Shown: positions 1 to 11,100 of the stretch, in pieces | Position numbering within the stretch: the first letter of the stretch is position 1 | Layout of the letters: every line of letters begins with the position of its first letter | Source of the DNA: Macrostomum lignano | Taxonomy: Eukaryota | Direction: 5' to 3' | Length of the DNA: 64,000 nucleotides | NCBI GenBank assembly: GCA_002269645.1 | Contig: NIVC01000921.1 | Location: 344,284-408,283, forward strand | The notes under the pieces: model-generated | The model's input: the letters and a program-made list of their open reading frames with translations, nothing else | Database searches by the model: none | What the model was told of the DNA's origin: nothing | Translations under genes and position numbers: made by a program

Positions 1-324
1 ATGTCCAACAAATACACAGGGCTGCCCATTGAGAGACAGGAAAACTTATCAGTAGCCATATCATTGTGCAATTGTATATATAGTCCGCGACTGAGCCAGG
101 GTCCGATTGTACACACGCAGCCACTTAGAATGCGAGCGCCACCCACTGGAGAGAAAATACACTGCAGAGATAGGAGAAAGTTATGGTGTAATCACTAAAA
201 ATTGATGCCAACTGGCCCGGTTACACCCCTTCAGCTAAAAGAATACACTACACAGATAGGCCAGCTGTTGTGGCGCAATCACTAAGAGTTGCGCAAGGTG
301 TATCATATTCCCTATTGTTATATT

Positions 325-498
325 ATTTCTGCTTTTTTAGGGATCTTAAAATGTGAAAATGAAAGATTAAAATAGCTATAAACCCAACCCAGAAAATTTG
401 TAGTTTACCCATATAAGTTTCAACGCTGAGTTGCAAGTAGTCTAGGAGAAAAATTGCAACATACAGACAGACAAACATTGCACCAACTTTAGTATTAA
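325..498 (-). mobile_element. 5'-terminal fragment of a further Helitron copy, abutting the 3' end of the full-length element
   Basis: Similar to 8240-8410 and 9690-9865 (TTAATACTAAAG..TTTTTCTCCTAGAC..GGGTTTATAGCTATTTT on the minus strand). It starts immediately after CTCG and lacks the TC. Confidence 0.7.
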
Positions 499-1534
499 CG
501 AGGCCAACTCCTCCTCCGGAGGAGAAAGGGGAAGAACTCCCATCACCGGAATCCCATAACCGGAATTCCATTCCCTGAAATCCATCAGCTGAATCTCATG
601 AGCTAAGTCAGTCAGAGTAAGAGTCACACAAAGCATTTATGACGTAATCAATTTATCAGGCAGTCGGTGTTAGGCTCATTATAAATTAACTATAAGGTTA
701 CGCAATCCAAATCAACCCTCCAATACGTACACAGCGACCTACACTTTCAGTACACAACGCGCAATTAGAAATCTAACTAACGCATCCATTCCTATCAGGT
801 AGTTATACTTCTGTGTCTCCGTTAAATATATTAAAAAACTAATTCAAAGACATCATTGGGGGTGCGCAGGAAACGACCAAATTAAAGGGATAGTATAAGC
901 ACGGGTCATTGGCTAAGTATTGCATAATTGTTAATTCAGAATTTATGTGCATGTAATACCTTTTCATTATTTATGATGTTTACTAATAGCCTATGAATCG
1001 ACTGGCTCGTTTGTATTCTGAATCCTGCGCACCCCGAGTACAGTATGGCATATATTTTTTATTAAAGCAATGCAATTGTGTTATAATAGGGGTGCAAGCA
1101 AAGGTGGGGAGAAAGTGGAAGAAACCTAATAACTTAACTGACAATACTAAATGTGTGAATTGGCCGTTAATATTACACGTGTAACAAAATACATAAATAA
1201 TTACGAACGGCTACTTTGTACATTAAAAAGATTCAGAAAAAATAAGTACGGCAATTGAATCTAAATTGCTTGGAGCCTGAGCATTCTTAGAAGCTCCCCT
1301 TATATGAGCAACTCTATCAAGAAACAGTTTTGCCACTACCTAATAGTTTATGTTAAAAGATTTATCAGTCTCATTATTTGTCGCACTCTCAATTTGGCAC
1401 TCAATGTGGCATAAGTATTTTCGCTCGTGAATTCGTCACTCTCAATATGACATCCTGAATTTTGCACCCTCATAAGTATTATCGCTCTCAAATTTGTCAC
1501 TCATAATTTTTCACTCCCTCTCATGATTAACCAC

Positions 1535-1700
1535 TCCTTCTCATAATTTTTCACCCACTCGCTCCCATAATTTGTCACTCACTCTCATAATTTGTCACTC
1601 ACTCTCATAATTTGTCACTTACTCTCATAATTTGTCACTCACTCTCATAATTTGTCACTCACTCTCATAATTTATCACTCACTCTTATAATATGTCACTC
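1535..1700. repeat. 20-bp minisatellite (ATAATTTGTCACTCACTCTC)n in the Helitron 3' region
   Basis: About 7 direct tandem copies read in the sequence. Confidence 0.9.
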
Positions 1701-4700
1701 ATATTATATTTCTGTCATTTGAGTCTGTTAATTCAATTGAGTCTAATCAGTTCTGCTTGCCGATAAGCTGGCGCAGCACGATGTTCCGCGTCCGTCCGCC
1801 TGGAGCCCGAACTTTAACGCCATCGGCACTCCGCGCACGACTCAGAGCCACGTAGAGCTGGCCATGCTGAAAGCAAGCCGTCGTCAGGTCGACGGCGTAG
1901 GTGCCCAGCGACTGGCCCTGGCTCTTGTGGATGGTCATGGCGAAGCACGGCCGGATCGGGAACTGCAGACGGCGGAAAACAAACGGAACCTCTGTCGGAC
2001 TCGGCTCCTGCGGGATCCGCGGGATGAACACCTGCCGCGAACGGTAGACGCCGGTGGTTACCTCCGCTAGCAGGACGTTGTCACGCAGTTCACGCAGCAG
2101 TAGCCGAGTCCCGTTGCACAGCAGCGGTGGGTCCAGATTCCGCATCATGACGACCGGCATGCCGACCTTCAGCTCCAGTCGGTGATGCGACATACCGCTG
2201 GGGTCCAGCCGGTTCAGCAGCTCCGGTGGAAAATTGGTGGCTGCCGTGTCGTCATTCGGAATCGAGTCAACAGATAAGTAGACTCGACTCTCACCGGGGA
2301 AGAGCGCTAAGCAGGCGGCGTTGGCCTCGTCCACCGTCCTGTTGAGTGGCGCCAGGATGCTCCGCTCCGCGAACATCTGGTCACGCTGCGCACTCGGCTC
2401 AAAGGACGGGTAAACATGCCGAATGAGCTGCTCAGTGGTTGTGTCCTCGGGCAGAAGGATCTCGCTAGGCAAGGAGACCATGCCCTCAACGTCCTCTGGC
2501 AGCTCCCCGTTGCCAACCTGACGGTGAAAAAGTGGAATAAAATTTTACAATTTTTTCCTTCAATTTGCATGCTTAATGAGAGCATAGAAACTCCATAGAT
2601 TCTCACCTGCATAAGAAAATCCGCGTAGCTTTGGAGAGCCGAGCCGCCCTCCAGCCGCAGATTCCTTGTGAGCTGGTGCTGCCTGAAGTGCGGCCACAGC
2701 ACCGACCGATTCAGGCAGGCTTCAATCGTGTTGGCCTGCGTCCCTCCGGGCACAACAGCAAGCAACTGGCGAAAGTCGCCAGCCAGCACCAGCAGCGCTC
2801 CCCCGAACGGCTGCCCACCGTGCAGCAAATCCCGCAGAGTACGCTCGACGATCTCGAGGTCTTTGCGGTGCGTCATCGGAGCCTCGTCCCACACGATGAG
2901 GCGGGCGTTCCGCAGAATCTCCGCCAATTTGCTCCGCCTGCCGATGGAGCAGAAGGCGCTGTCCTGCCGTACAGCGCAGACGGGGATCTTGAACCTGTAG
3001 GCAGGTATCGCGAGGATTTTCAATTTTGAGGATAAATTAAAAGGATTAAAAGGATGCCTTTCTGTGCTTAAAAATGAACCGTTTATAAAATGATTGATGC
3101 AGACACAAAACTCACATCGAATGGGCGGTCCGACCTCCGGGAAGAATAGTCGCCGCGATGCCCGATGACGCGACGGCAACAGCAATTTGACGCCTTGCTC
3201 GAACCGACTTCAGCAGAAGCGTGAGCAGGAACGTCTTGCCTGTGCCTCCAGGAGCGTCAATGAAGTGCAGCCCGCCGCCACCGGCCGTCAGATTGGACTG
3301 CACGGCCTCGAAGACAGCTCGCTGCTCGTCAGTCAGGGTAGCGACCAGCGCATCCACTTCAGACTGCAGCTCAGCAGCTTCTTGCGGCGTCGGCAGGCAG
3401 TCAGAAAGAAGCCGAGTCTGGATATTGAGAAGAAGCTGTCATCAGTAAGCTATTAAAGGTTAAAAATATCAACAGTCAGTGTGCATAGCAGTGAGTTCAT
3501 TTACTTGATCCGCTTCTGCCGGTGGTTCAGGAAGGCCGTAGGCAGACAGCTCGGATCCGCCCATCCGCTCCAGCCGCTTCTGCAGCGACCGCAGCACTTC
3601 GGCCATAGCAGCCTCGGCGCTCAAGCCCTGATGCAGCAGGTCGCCAGCCATCTCGCGGGAAAACTTCTCCCAGAGCTTGGCGGGGTCGCTGGGATCGCCG
3701 TGCGCCAAAATTGCGGCAAAAAGTCGGCGCAGAGCAGCAGGCATCCGCGTCTGGGCAGCCTCATACAGACACAGCTGCCAGTGCCTGTCGTCTTCCAGCA
3801 GTCCGCGAGCCTGGCAGGCGGCCTTGAAGGTCGGCAGCAGGACTCCGTCAACAGTGCGCAGAGCCTCGAACGAAGTCGGGCCGCGCACATTCACCAGCAG
3901 CAGGCGCAGGTAAAAACAGTCGCCCATCCGAGGACTGACTGTGTAGATGCGGCCGATGTTGCTGGTCGTCAGAACATCGGCTGGCTGATCAGCAGCGACT
4001 CGGCCGCGACCTGCGCGATGCCACTGGTGCGCCCTGGGGTCCCAGGTGAAGTGCCGGGGCACCTCCTGGTACAGCAGACCGCGGGCGATTTCGTCATGGC
4101 GACAGAGCTGGGCGGGTAGGAACAGGAAAGTGGGCGGGTAGAAACAGGAAGGAGGAATAAATTTAACAAATTGCACTTTGTCTGCAAAACTCACATCGAA
4201 GAAGGCGGTCAAAGTCGTGGCCTTGGGCGTAGCAGCAACAGCCTGAGCCGTCTCGTCAGTGAATAAGACCCGCTGCTCGTCCTTAAGATGAACCGCGAGC
4301 CTGATCACAGGCGGGTATCGGCTGTGCACCTCGAAGCCCAGGATGGTGTTAACCGCCTCCATTGGACCGATGAACCTGCCCAGTAGGTATTCGTCGATCT
4401 CGTCGATCTTGCGTCGCTTTGCGGAAGTCGCAGCAGCAGCAGCAGCAGTCCCAGTCGACGCGGACGGACCGGCGATCGCCAGTGGTCCTTCAGTGGCCGA
4501 ATCAGCGCTGGCATTCGCAGCAGCCGCCGACTCCTTGCGGATCTGGTATGCTGCCATGTCGCTACCCTTGGTGATGTACTTCACCACGTACTTGATGGCC
4601 CGAACTGTCGCGCAGATCTCGACATTCAGGTGACAGCGAAACTCGCGCAGCAGCGCTGGGCAGTACGGCACCACCCAGCGGTTGTCAAAGGTGAACATCA

Positions 4701-6284
4701 CCCTCTGACCGCCGCGCAGCTTTGCGAGCTTCGTCACCGTGAAGCCGCCCATCTCGACGGATCTGCGGCAGTAATGCGGGTAGCCATCCTCCTCGACCTT
4801 CGTGGCGGCCAGGAACTCCCTCGGGTAGCGCTTGCTGCACCTGCCTTTCTCCATGCACGCCGCGGCAGAATTGAGCTGCTGTCCACAGGGACCGTGCAGC
4901 ATGTTCTCCGCCACCAGCTGATGCAGGTCGGCGTCGGCGACAGGGTCCGGGATCTCCGCGCTGATGACGGCGTCGTACTGATCCGGCTTCAGCTTGTTCG
5001 CCAGCCAAAGCAGCGCGTGCACGTGGGGAAGACCTAGAGGTAGATAAAATGAAAAACTCTATTGAAATTTACGAAATTATGGAGGCGACAGATAATGCAA
5101 GATTTAAAGTTTAAAATTTTCAAAAGTTCACAAATTTCACACTTGCCTCGCTTCTGGTACTCCAGCGAGCAGACTCGAGCAAGAGTATCTCCAAACAGAC
5201 TCTTCAGCCTGTTTAGGAAGGCCTTTTTCTTCAGCTCGAACACCCGGGCGGTGATGTCCGGCCGATCGACAGCAGTCTGTCCTGGAAGCAGCTCGGCCAG
5301 AATTTCCGGCCACTTCGGGTTGCATGTCATTGTCAGAAACAGGTCTGGGCGGCCAAAGGCGTGAACATACGCCATGGCATCCTGCTGACGCTCCAACGGT
5401 ACCGTGGACCTCCCACGTAGCTGGAAGTAAGAATGACACGCTTCCCGACTTCCTCCGGCCTGCCGTCGTCCTCGTGCAGCGCGTCTCGGAGACCCCGAAG
5501 ACTTTCCGACACCAGATCCTTTTGGTGCAGTCGGATGTACGTAAGTCGCTCGGACTCGATCTTAGCAGCCTGGTCCACCAGGTACTGCTGGAAGAGTCGG
5601 CGACCGTACAGCAGGCTGTTGAACTGGACTGGGCGCACCTGGATCATGAAGGCATAGTACTTCATGATAGTGATGCCACGATCCTGCTTGAGTCCGATGC
5701 TCCAGCCGTCCTCACCAAATGGGAACAGCAGGACGTACTCCAAGGGATCGTAGGAGCGGTGGGTATCACAGATGCTCTGGAGGCCTGTGAATCAAAAGTG
5801 ATGAAAGGGCGAATTCTCATTTTTTAAATGCAAATACAGCAACTAAATTAATGAAACAGAATGTTTGAGTCTTCCAATTGACACAAAAGCAAAAGATAAT
5901 AAATTGCTTCAATATTTAAGCGATACATGTGCAAAAAGAAGCGCAAAAGTCTGAGTCTTTTTAGGAAAATGATTTAAATGCCTGTATTAACAAATAAAAA
6001 AGTTAAACATAATTTCGAGATGCAGAACTCACCACCCCCCCTCAGACGCAAAATCACGTCCCGCCGTCGCGTCTGGGCTGCGCCTTCGGTATCGTCAAGG
6101 TCCGTCAGGATGCCTACTTCACTGCACTCGGGCAAATTGAAGCGTCTGGCATGCTCCCCTGATGGACGGGCATCGGGGTTGATGACGATCTTGGCGCTTT
6201 GCAGCTGAGGGTCGTTGCAGAGCAAGTCAACGGCGGACTTGAGGCTGCGCACGTAGCCGTTGCACGCATGCAGCATGGCTTGCA

Positions 6285-6581
6285 CATACATGTGCAACCT
6301 CCAAAATTCGGTCAGCCATGCGACTTAGTTTTAACAAAAATGCGACGTAGTTTTTGGCCAAAAATGCGACTTACATTTAAAAAAACCCGAAAGCAAAATT
6401 AACGCAACTTTGGGTAAACGGCAGGAGTAACTATAACTGTTTTATTAAGCTAAAATGCCTCGTCAGCTACTTAGTACTACTCTTCAGGTTATTTTTGGGT
6501 GGGCATTTTTGCGACTTCCTTGATTGGCCGCCAAATCGGTCGGCCGGATCGGCCGACTCGGCCGACTGTTGCGCATGTATG
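6285..6581. mobile_element. 297-bp MITE (P-like TIRs) carrying a 28S rRNA-derived core, inserted in a RepHel exon
   Basis: 14-bp TIRs CATACATGTGCAAC (6285-6298) / GTTGCGCATGTATG (6568-6581), 1 mismatch. 8-bp TSD GGCTTGCA at 6277-6284 and 6582-6589. Removing it restores EELQ-AMLHACNGYV. Confidence 0.85.
6412..6475 (+). other. Degenerate 28S (LSU) rRNA fragment, H69-H71 region / R2 target site; not an rRNA gene
   Basis: GGGTAAACGGCAGGAGTAACTATAACTGTTTTATTAAGCTAAAATGCCTCGTCAGCTACTTAGT versus the conserved 28S GGGTAAACGGCGGGAGTAACTATGACTCTCTTAAGGTAGCCAAATGCCTCGTCATCTAATTAGT (recalled from memory). Confidence 0.85.
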
Positions 6582-8499
6582 GGCTTGCAGCTCTTCCAGC
6601 ACACGACCGTTCAGTCCGGTGGCCCACTGCAGCCGGGTTTGCAGCTCCTGGTCCACAAAAAAGACCTGGCAGAACCTGCCCTCATCCCCCGGATCCGGCA
6701 AGAGACTGCCGATCTTGTGGTGCACCTGACCATTGAGAATGAAGCTCGGGTTCCAGCCGGGCTGCTCACGCTGCTTGGCACCGAGCGACGTCATGTGGAG
6801 CGCGCCGTTGTACTTCCTGATGTCCTTCAGGAACTGAGAGCTGTCTGGGTGCTGGCCAGTCAGAAGCCGCTTCAGGACATCAGGGGGGTCACGGCGGGGC
6901 TCCAGGACGGTCTGAGTTGGATTTACGTTGGATTTATCACTTTCAGCAGCACATCACGCAATTGTCTATGACTAATGACTCCATTGGTGGTCAAAGGTTT
7001 CATACTGTATACAATGATTAGTATAAAAAGCATTAATGAGGCAGCAATTCAAGTAAACTAAAATAAAAAATGGACTTACCTTTCCAGCGTGGCAGCAAAT
7101 GCTAGCTGGCTCGTCCTTCCAGCGTAGCGCGCTGCAGTGCGGACATTGGCGGTCCATGCGACCGAGGACATGTGGCTGGTGTGCCAGCTCCAGCAGTCTG
7201 TGGCAACGAAGAAGGTGCATTTCAATCATTACTAATAAATGAATTATAAAATCCAGATGTACATGCATAAAGTTTATTTGTATCAGAGAAGAGATCAGTC
7301 TCGCACGTAAGAATAGCAGAATAAATAATCAGGAACCCCTACCTGTCTCGGCGCCAGCCTGCCTGTACATGTAGACGGCGGTCGCGGTCGTCAGCGGACT
7401 CAGCCGCGCGATTCTGGTTCTGGCGCTGCCGCTGCGCCTCCAGTCGATGCTGATGGACCGCTTCGTCCTCGACTTCACGACTTTCGGCTGTGCACAGTCG
7501 ATTCGCCTCAAGGCGATGCTGGCGCTGAACTTCGCCTTCAGCCTCACGGCTTTTGGCTGTGCGCAGTCGATTCGCCTCAAGGCGATGCTGGCGTTCTTCA
7601 GGTGTCTCCGACGCCCTGCGCTTCTTGGCTGCCGATGCAGCGCGTGAAGAACGGGAAATATTTCCGCGTTTCGGCATTTTGGATGAAAAAAATAAGCAAA
7701 AATAGGCTAAAATAGGCTAAAATAAGCAAAAACAGGCAAAAAAGAGTAAAAATTAAAAAAAATTTAGTGTATTTTGATAGGTAAATAGCAAAAACGGCAG
7801 ATTGGAGAGAATGAGAGAAATCTATTATGATATGGAAAATTGAATTGAAAATTGAAAATTCGCCTCATTAAGTAAGTAAAGGCCCAGTGAAAAAATCAAT
7901 AAACAGAACTTTAGGCCCCAGCAGTCTGTCCATTTCCCAGTTAAAGGGACTGACTGACTAAAGGCGCCGATAATAAAACCAAATCGTAGCCTCTGTTTAC
8001 ACTGTACAGTGGTATGTACTCAGCCAAAGCCCAACCCCACCCCCCCCCCCGAAGCATAGAATTTCACTGAACCCCCAAAACGCGGGGGGGGGGTTTATTT
8101 GCATTGAACGCAGAACACGCGCACCCACCAACCCTCAATACACAGCGACCCGCGGGCGGAGGTTGGGGTGGCTATTTTTACAAACAGACTGCCAACTCTC
8201 TTACTGGAAAGACAGAAGGGCCAAAGAAGGTTAAAAGCAGTTTTCTGCTTTTTTAGGGATGTTAAAATGTGAAAATTAAAAATTAAAATAGCCTAAAGCC
8301 TGATCCGGAAAATTTTCTGTTTTCCCATATAAGTTTCGACGCTGACTTGCCAGTTGTCTAGGAGAAAAATCGCAACACACACACAATCATCGCACCAGTT
8401 TTAGTATTAAGACGAGGCCAACTCCTCCGATGGAGGAGAAAGGGGAAGAATTCCCATCACCGGTACTCCATTCCCTGAAATGCCATTCCCTGAATCCCA

Positions 8500-8830
8500 T
8501 CATCCAACTCCTCTCCGCGAAACTGAACATCATCGAAATCTTCTCCGTAAAAGAGAACTCCATCAAACACCTCTCCGTGAAACTGACATTCATCAAAATC
8601 CCCTCCGAGAAATAGAAATCCTCTCCGTGAAACTGGACTCCATGGAAATCCTCTCCGTGAAACTGACATTCATCAAAATCCCCTCCGAGAAACAGAAATC
8701 CTCTCCGTGAAACTGGACTCCATGGAAATACTCTCCGTGAAACTGACATTCATCAAAATCCCCTCCGAGAAACAGAAATTCTCTCCATTAAACTGGACTG
8801 AATCGAAATTTTCTCCGTAAAAAAGAATCA
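8500..8830. repeat. Composite minisatellite with core CTCTCCGTGAAACTG inside the non-autonomous Helitron
   Basis: Repeating ~30/50-bp units; these generate the spurious DFHGVQFHGE ORFs. Confidence 0.85.
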
Positions 8831-8846
8831 ACTCTCAGGATTTAGT

Positions 8847-8876
8847 GGTTAGGGTTAGGGTTAGGGTTAGGGTTAG
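8847..8876 (+). repeat. Interstitial telomeric repeat (TTAGGG)4+
   Basis: GGTTAGGGTTAGGGTTAGGGTTAGGGTTAG read directly. Confidence 0.9.
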
Positions 8877-9867
8877 AGCTACAACGCAGCAGCGTGTTGA
8901 ACCAATTGAATTAATTAAATGCGCAACCGATTTCACAGTCAGTCAGTATCAGTCTCGGTAAAAAGTTAACAAAAAGATTGCGCAAACTAAATCAACCCTC
9001 CAATACACAGCGACTGACCCCCTTCCAATACGCAGTGGCAATTAAAAGTTGAACCCCCCCCTCCCACCAACTGTTGGGGGTTGGTCGAACCCCCATTGAA
9101 CTCCAAAATGAGTACACTGCCGAAAGTTAAAAGTATGGAAATCGTTTTTTTAAATGCTGTGCTTTTTGTTTTCACATTTAAAGCAAACAACTTATATCCC
9201 CGAACTCAGTATTGCAAGATCTTTCCAGTAATATAAGTCTCTCCTCTGAAAGTTTAAAACTCGAGGAACAGTTAGCGCTTGAAATTTCCTGATTTAAAGC
9301 ATTAAAGTATCGAGTGTACGTTCACAGCCTGCTAAAGAGGCTCGCAAGTTTATTCATTAAATTTTACTGCCCAGCAAATACACATGGCTGCCTATTGAAT
9401 GCCGCCGATAATAAAACCAATTAAATCTCGACACAGTCCTAGCTATCTCCTTACACTGTACAACTGCTATGTACACTCAGCCCAAGCCCAACCCCCTCCC
9501 ATTCCGGGGGAATCGTTAAATTTAATTGAACCCCCAACACGCGGGGGGTTATTTGCATTGAACGCGTAACACGCGCACCCACCACCCCTCAATACACAGC
9601 GGCCCGCGGGCGGAGGTTGGGGTGGCTATTTTTACAAACTGGCTGCAGCCCCAGTCAGAGTGGCCAAAGAAGGTTATTGAGGGTTAAAAAAACAGTTTTC
9701 TGCTTTTTTAGGGATCTTAAAATGTAAAAATGAAATATTAAAATAGCTATAAACCCAATCCGGAAAATTTGCAGTTTTCCCATATAAGTTTCAACGCTGA
9801 CTTGCCAGTAGTCTAGGAGAAAAATTGCAACACACAAACAAACATCGCACCACTTTTAGTATTAAGA

Positions 9868-10044
9868 AATTAAAATAGCCTAAAGCCTGCTCCGGAAAAT
9901 TTGCAGTTTTCCCATATAAGTTTCGACGCTGACTTGCTAGTTGTCTAGGAGAAAAATCGCAACACACACACAATCATCGCACCAGTTTTAGTATTAAGAG
10001 AGACATACAGACAGACAAACATTGCACCAACTTTAGTATTAAGA
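9868..10044 (-). mobile_element. Two additional truncated Helitron 5' termini stacked in tandem
   Basis: TCTTAATACTAAA starts recur at 9999 and 10044 (minus), each followed by partial copies of the 5' module. Confidence 0.7.
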
Positions 10045-10059
10045 AGGAAGGAAGAGGAT

Positions 10060-10652
10060 CTCTTCTTTATGTTAACTTTAACATCATTAAAAACAGACAA
10101 TAGAAACAAAAGTTATAAACTAAAATGTAGTAAGACCTGGACAATAGACTTACAGTAAGTAAGCAAGTTAATAAAAATTCAAAGTGGTAACTGACAAATG
10201 GGTAACTGGCCCCGGGGAATGCTGCAAAATGACTGCAGTAAATGACTGCAATAGACCCATGAGCCAATGAAAGTTAAGCATAAATCTTTGCTCAATTGTC
10301 TCCCATCCCCTAAAACGTATATATCACACTCCTTTGAGCAACACTTGAATGCACATCCAGGAATTTTAGTGCAGCAAACAGAGGAAACAAACAGCAATAT
10401 AGTTGAAGCCCAGTTTGAAATATTTTGTTGCTTTAAAAGCCATATACTTTTCCAATTTTTTCTATAAATATTTTTGTCACAGCAGCCTAACAAAGAAGTC
10501 TGAGTGCATTCTATCGAAAGTACTTTTGCTACTTTTCGCTAACTTGCCAAATTACTGTAAGTCTATGATCAAGGTCCTGCTACATTTTAGTTTATAACTT
10601 TTGTTTCCATTGTCTGTTTTTAATGATGTTAAAGTTAATATAAAGAAAAGAG
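10060..10652. mobile_element. Foldback/MITE-like element with ~100-bp imperfect terminal inverted repeats
   Basis: 10061-10158 is the reverse complement of 10552-10651 with few mismatches. No TSD identified. Confidence 0.65.
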
Positions 10653-11100
10653 TTGCTGCTATAAATCTATGCAAAGATGTTATTTGGATCAGCAGAACAA
10701 GAGACATGCTTGGGTGCAATCTAGGGATTCACCCGGCCATTTCTATTGGCATGTAAATTCCAATTTCAAATTGTCTTGAAATCCCCAAAATACCCACAAT
10801 ATATTGAATTGTGATCTATCTAATCCCAAGTATTTTGATCCTATCTAACTTATTACACTATTACATGTTATTAAACTGGGTTATTAAAATAAATTTCACA
10901 TCAAGTTCAGATACAGTTTCTCATAGCTAATGAAGTGGACTAAAAGGAACTATTTCCTGGGGATTCTTTACTGTTGCTTGACATTTATCGCCAATTGGAG
11001 CAATGTAAATATCAAGTTAGAGTTATAACCTCTCTGCTTTTCTTCCAGCCAAAAGCGACTAGGAAAATACTTAAAAAAACAGCCGCAGAGTAGTGGAAGG

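Larger units (their letters stand above)
1747..7677 (-). pseudogene. Helitron RepHel (Zn-finger + HUH Rep endonuclease + PIF1-type helicase), 9 exons, disrupted
   Basis: Exons traced by splice sites and phase: 7677-7343, 7197-7080, 6911-6033 (interrupted by MITE 6285-6581), 5784-5147, 5033-4195, 4107-3505, 3417-3116, 2994-2607, 2517-1747. Motifs: CPHC..CC, IRKYN, GRPDLFLTMTCNPKW, EYQKRGLPHVH, KYVVKYITKG, DAPGGTGKT, WDEAPM, GDFRQ, AMTIHKSQGQS, HGQLYVALSR. Lesions: a 1-nt frameshift near 5398 (GGPRY / ERQQDAM) and the MITE insertion. Confidence 0.9.
499..8412 (-). mobile_element. Full-length Helitron (rolling-circle transposon), disrupted copy
   Basis: The minus strand begins TCTTAATACTAAAACTGGTGCG (5' TC at 8412). 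It ends with the perfect 14-bp palindrome CTCCTCCGGAGGAG (511-524), then TTGGC, then CTCG (502-499). It encloses a RepHel coding region. Confidence 0.85.
8413..9867 (-). mobile_element. Non-autonomous Helitron derivative in tandem upstream of the full-length copy
   Basis: 5' TC at 9867. 9405-9867 is homologous to ~7965-8412. 3' hairpin CTCCTCC-GAT-GGAGGAG (8422-8438) + TTGGC + CTCG (8416-8413). Shares AATCAACCCTCCAATAC (~8990) with ~710 of the large element. Confidence 0.7.

Noticed and set aside
895-920. GCACGGGTCATTGGCTAAGT resembling a plus-strand Helitron 3' end
   Set aside because: No convincing hairpin, CTAA rather than CTAG, and no matching plus-strand element.
859-1035. 13-bp inverted repeat GGGGTGCGCAGGA / TCCTGCGCACCCC inside the Helitron 3' region
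   Set aside because: No TSD or second copy seen; too little to call a MITE.
3187-5827. Plus-strand ORFs overlapping the Helitron, and antisense ORFs over BLM, the dynamin-like gene and TTLL
   Set aside because: Shadow ORFs of GC-rich coding sequence with no recognisable motifs.
6412-6475. Functional rRNA gene or R2 element
   Set aside because: Only ~65 bp, mutated, embedded in a MITE; no flanking rDNA or reverse transcriptase ORF.
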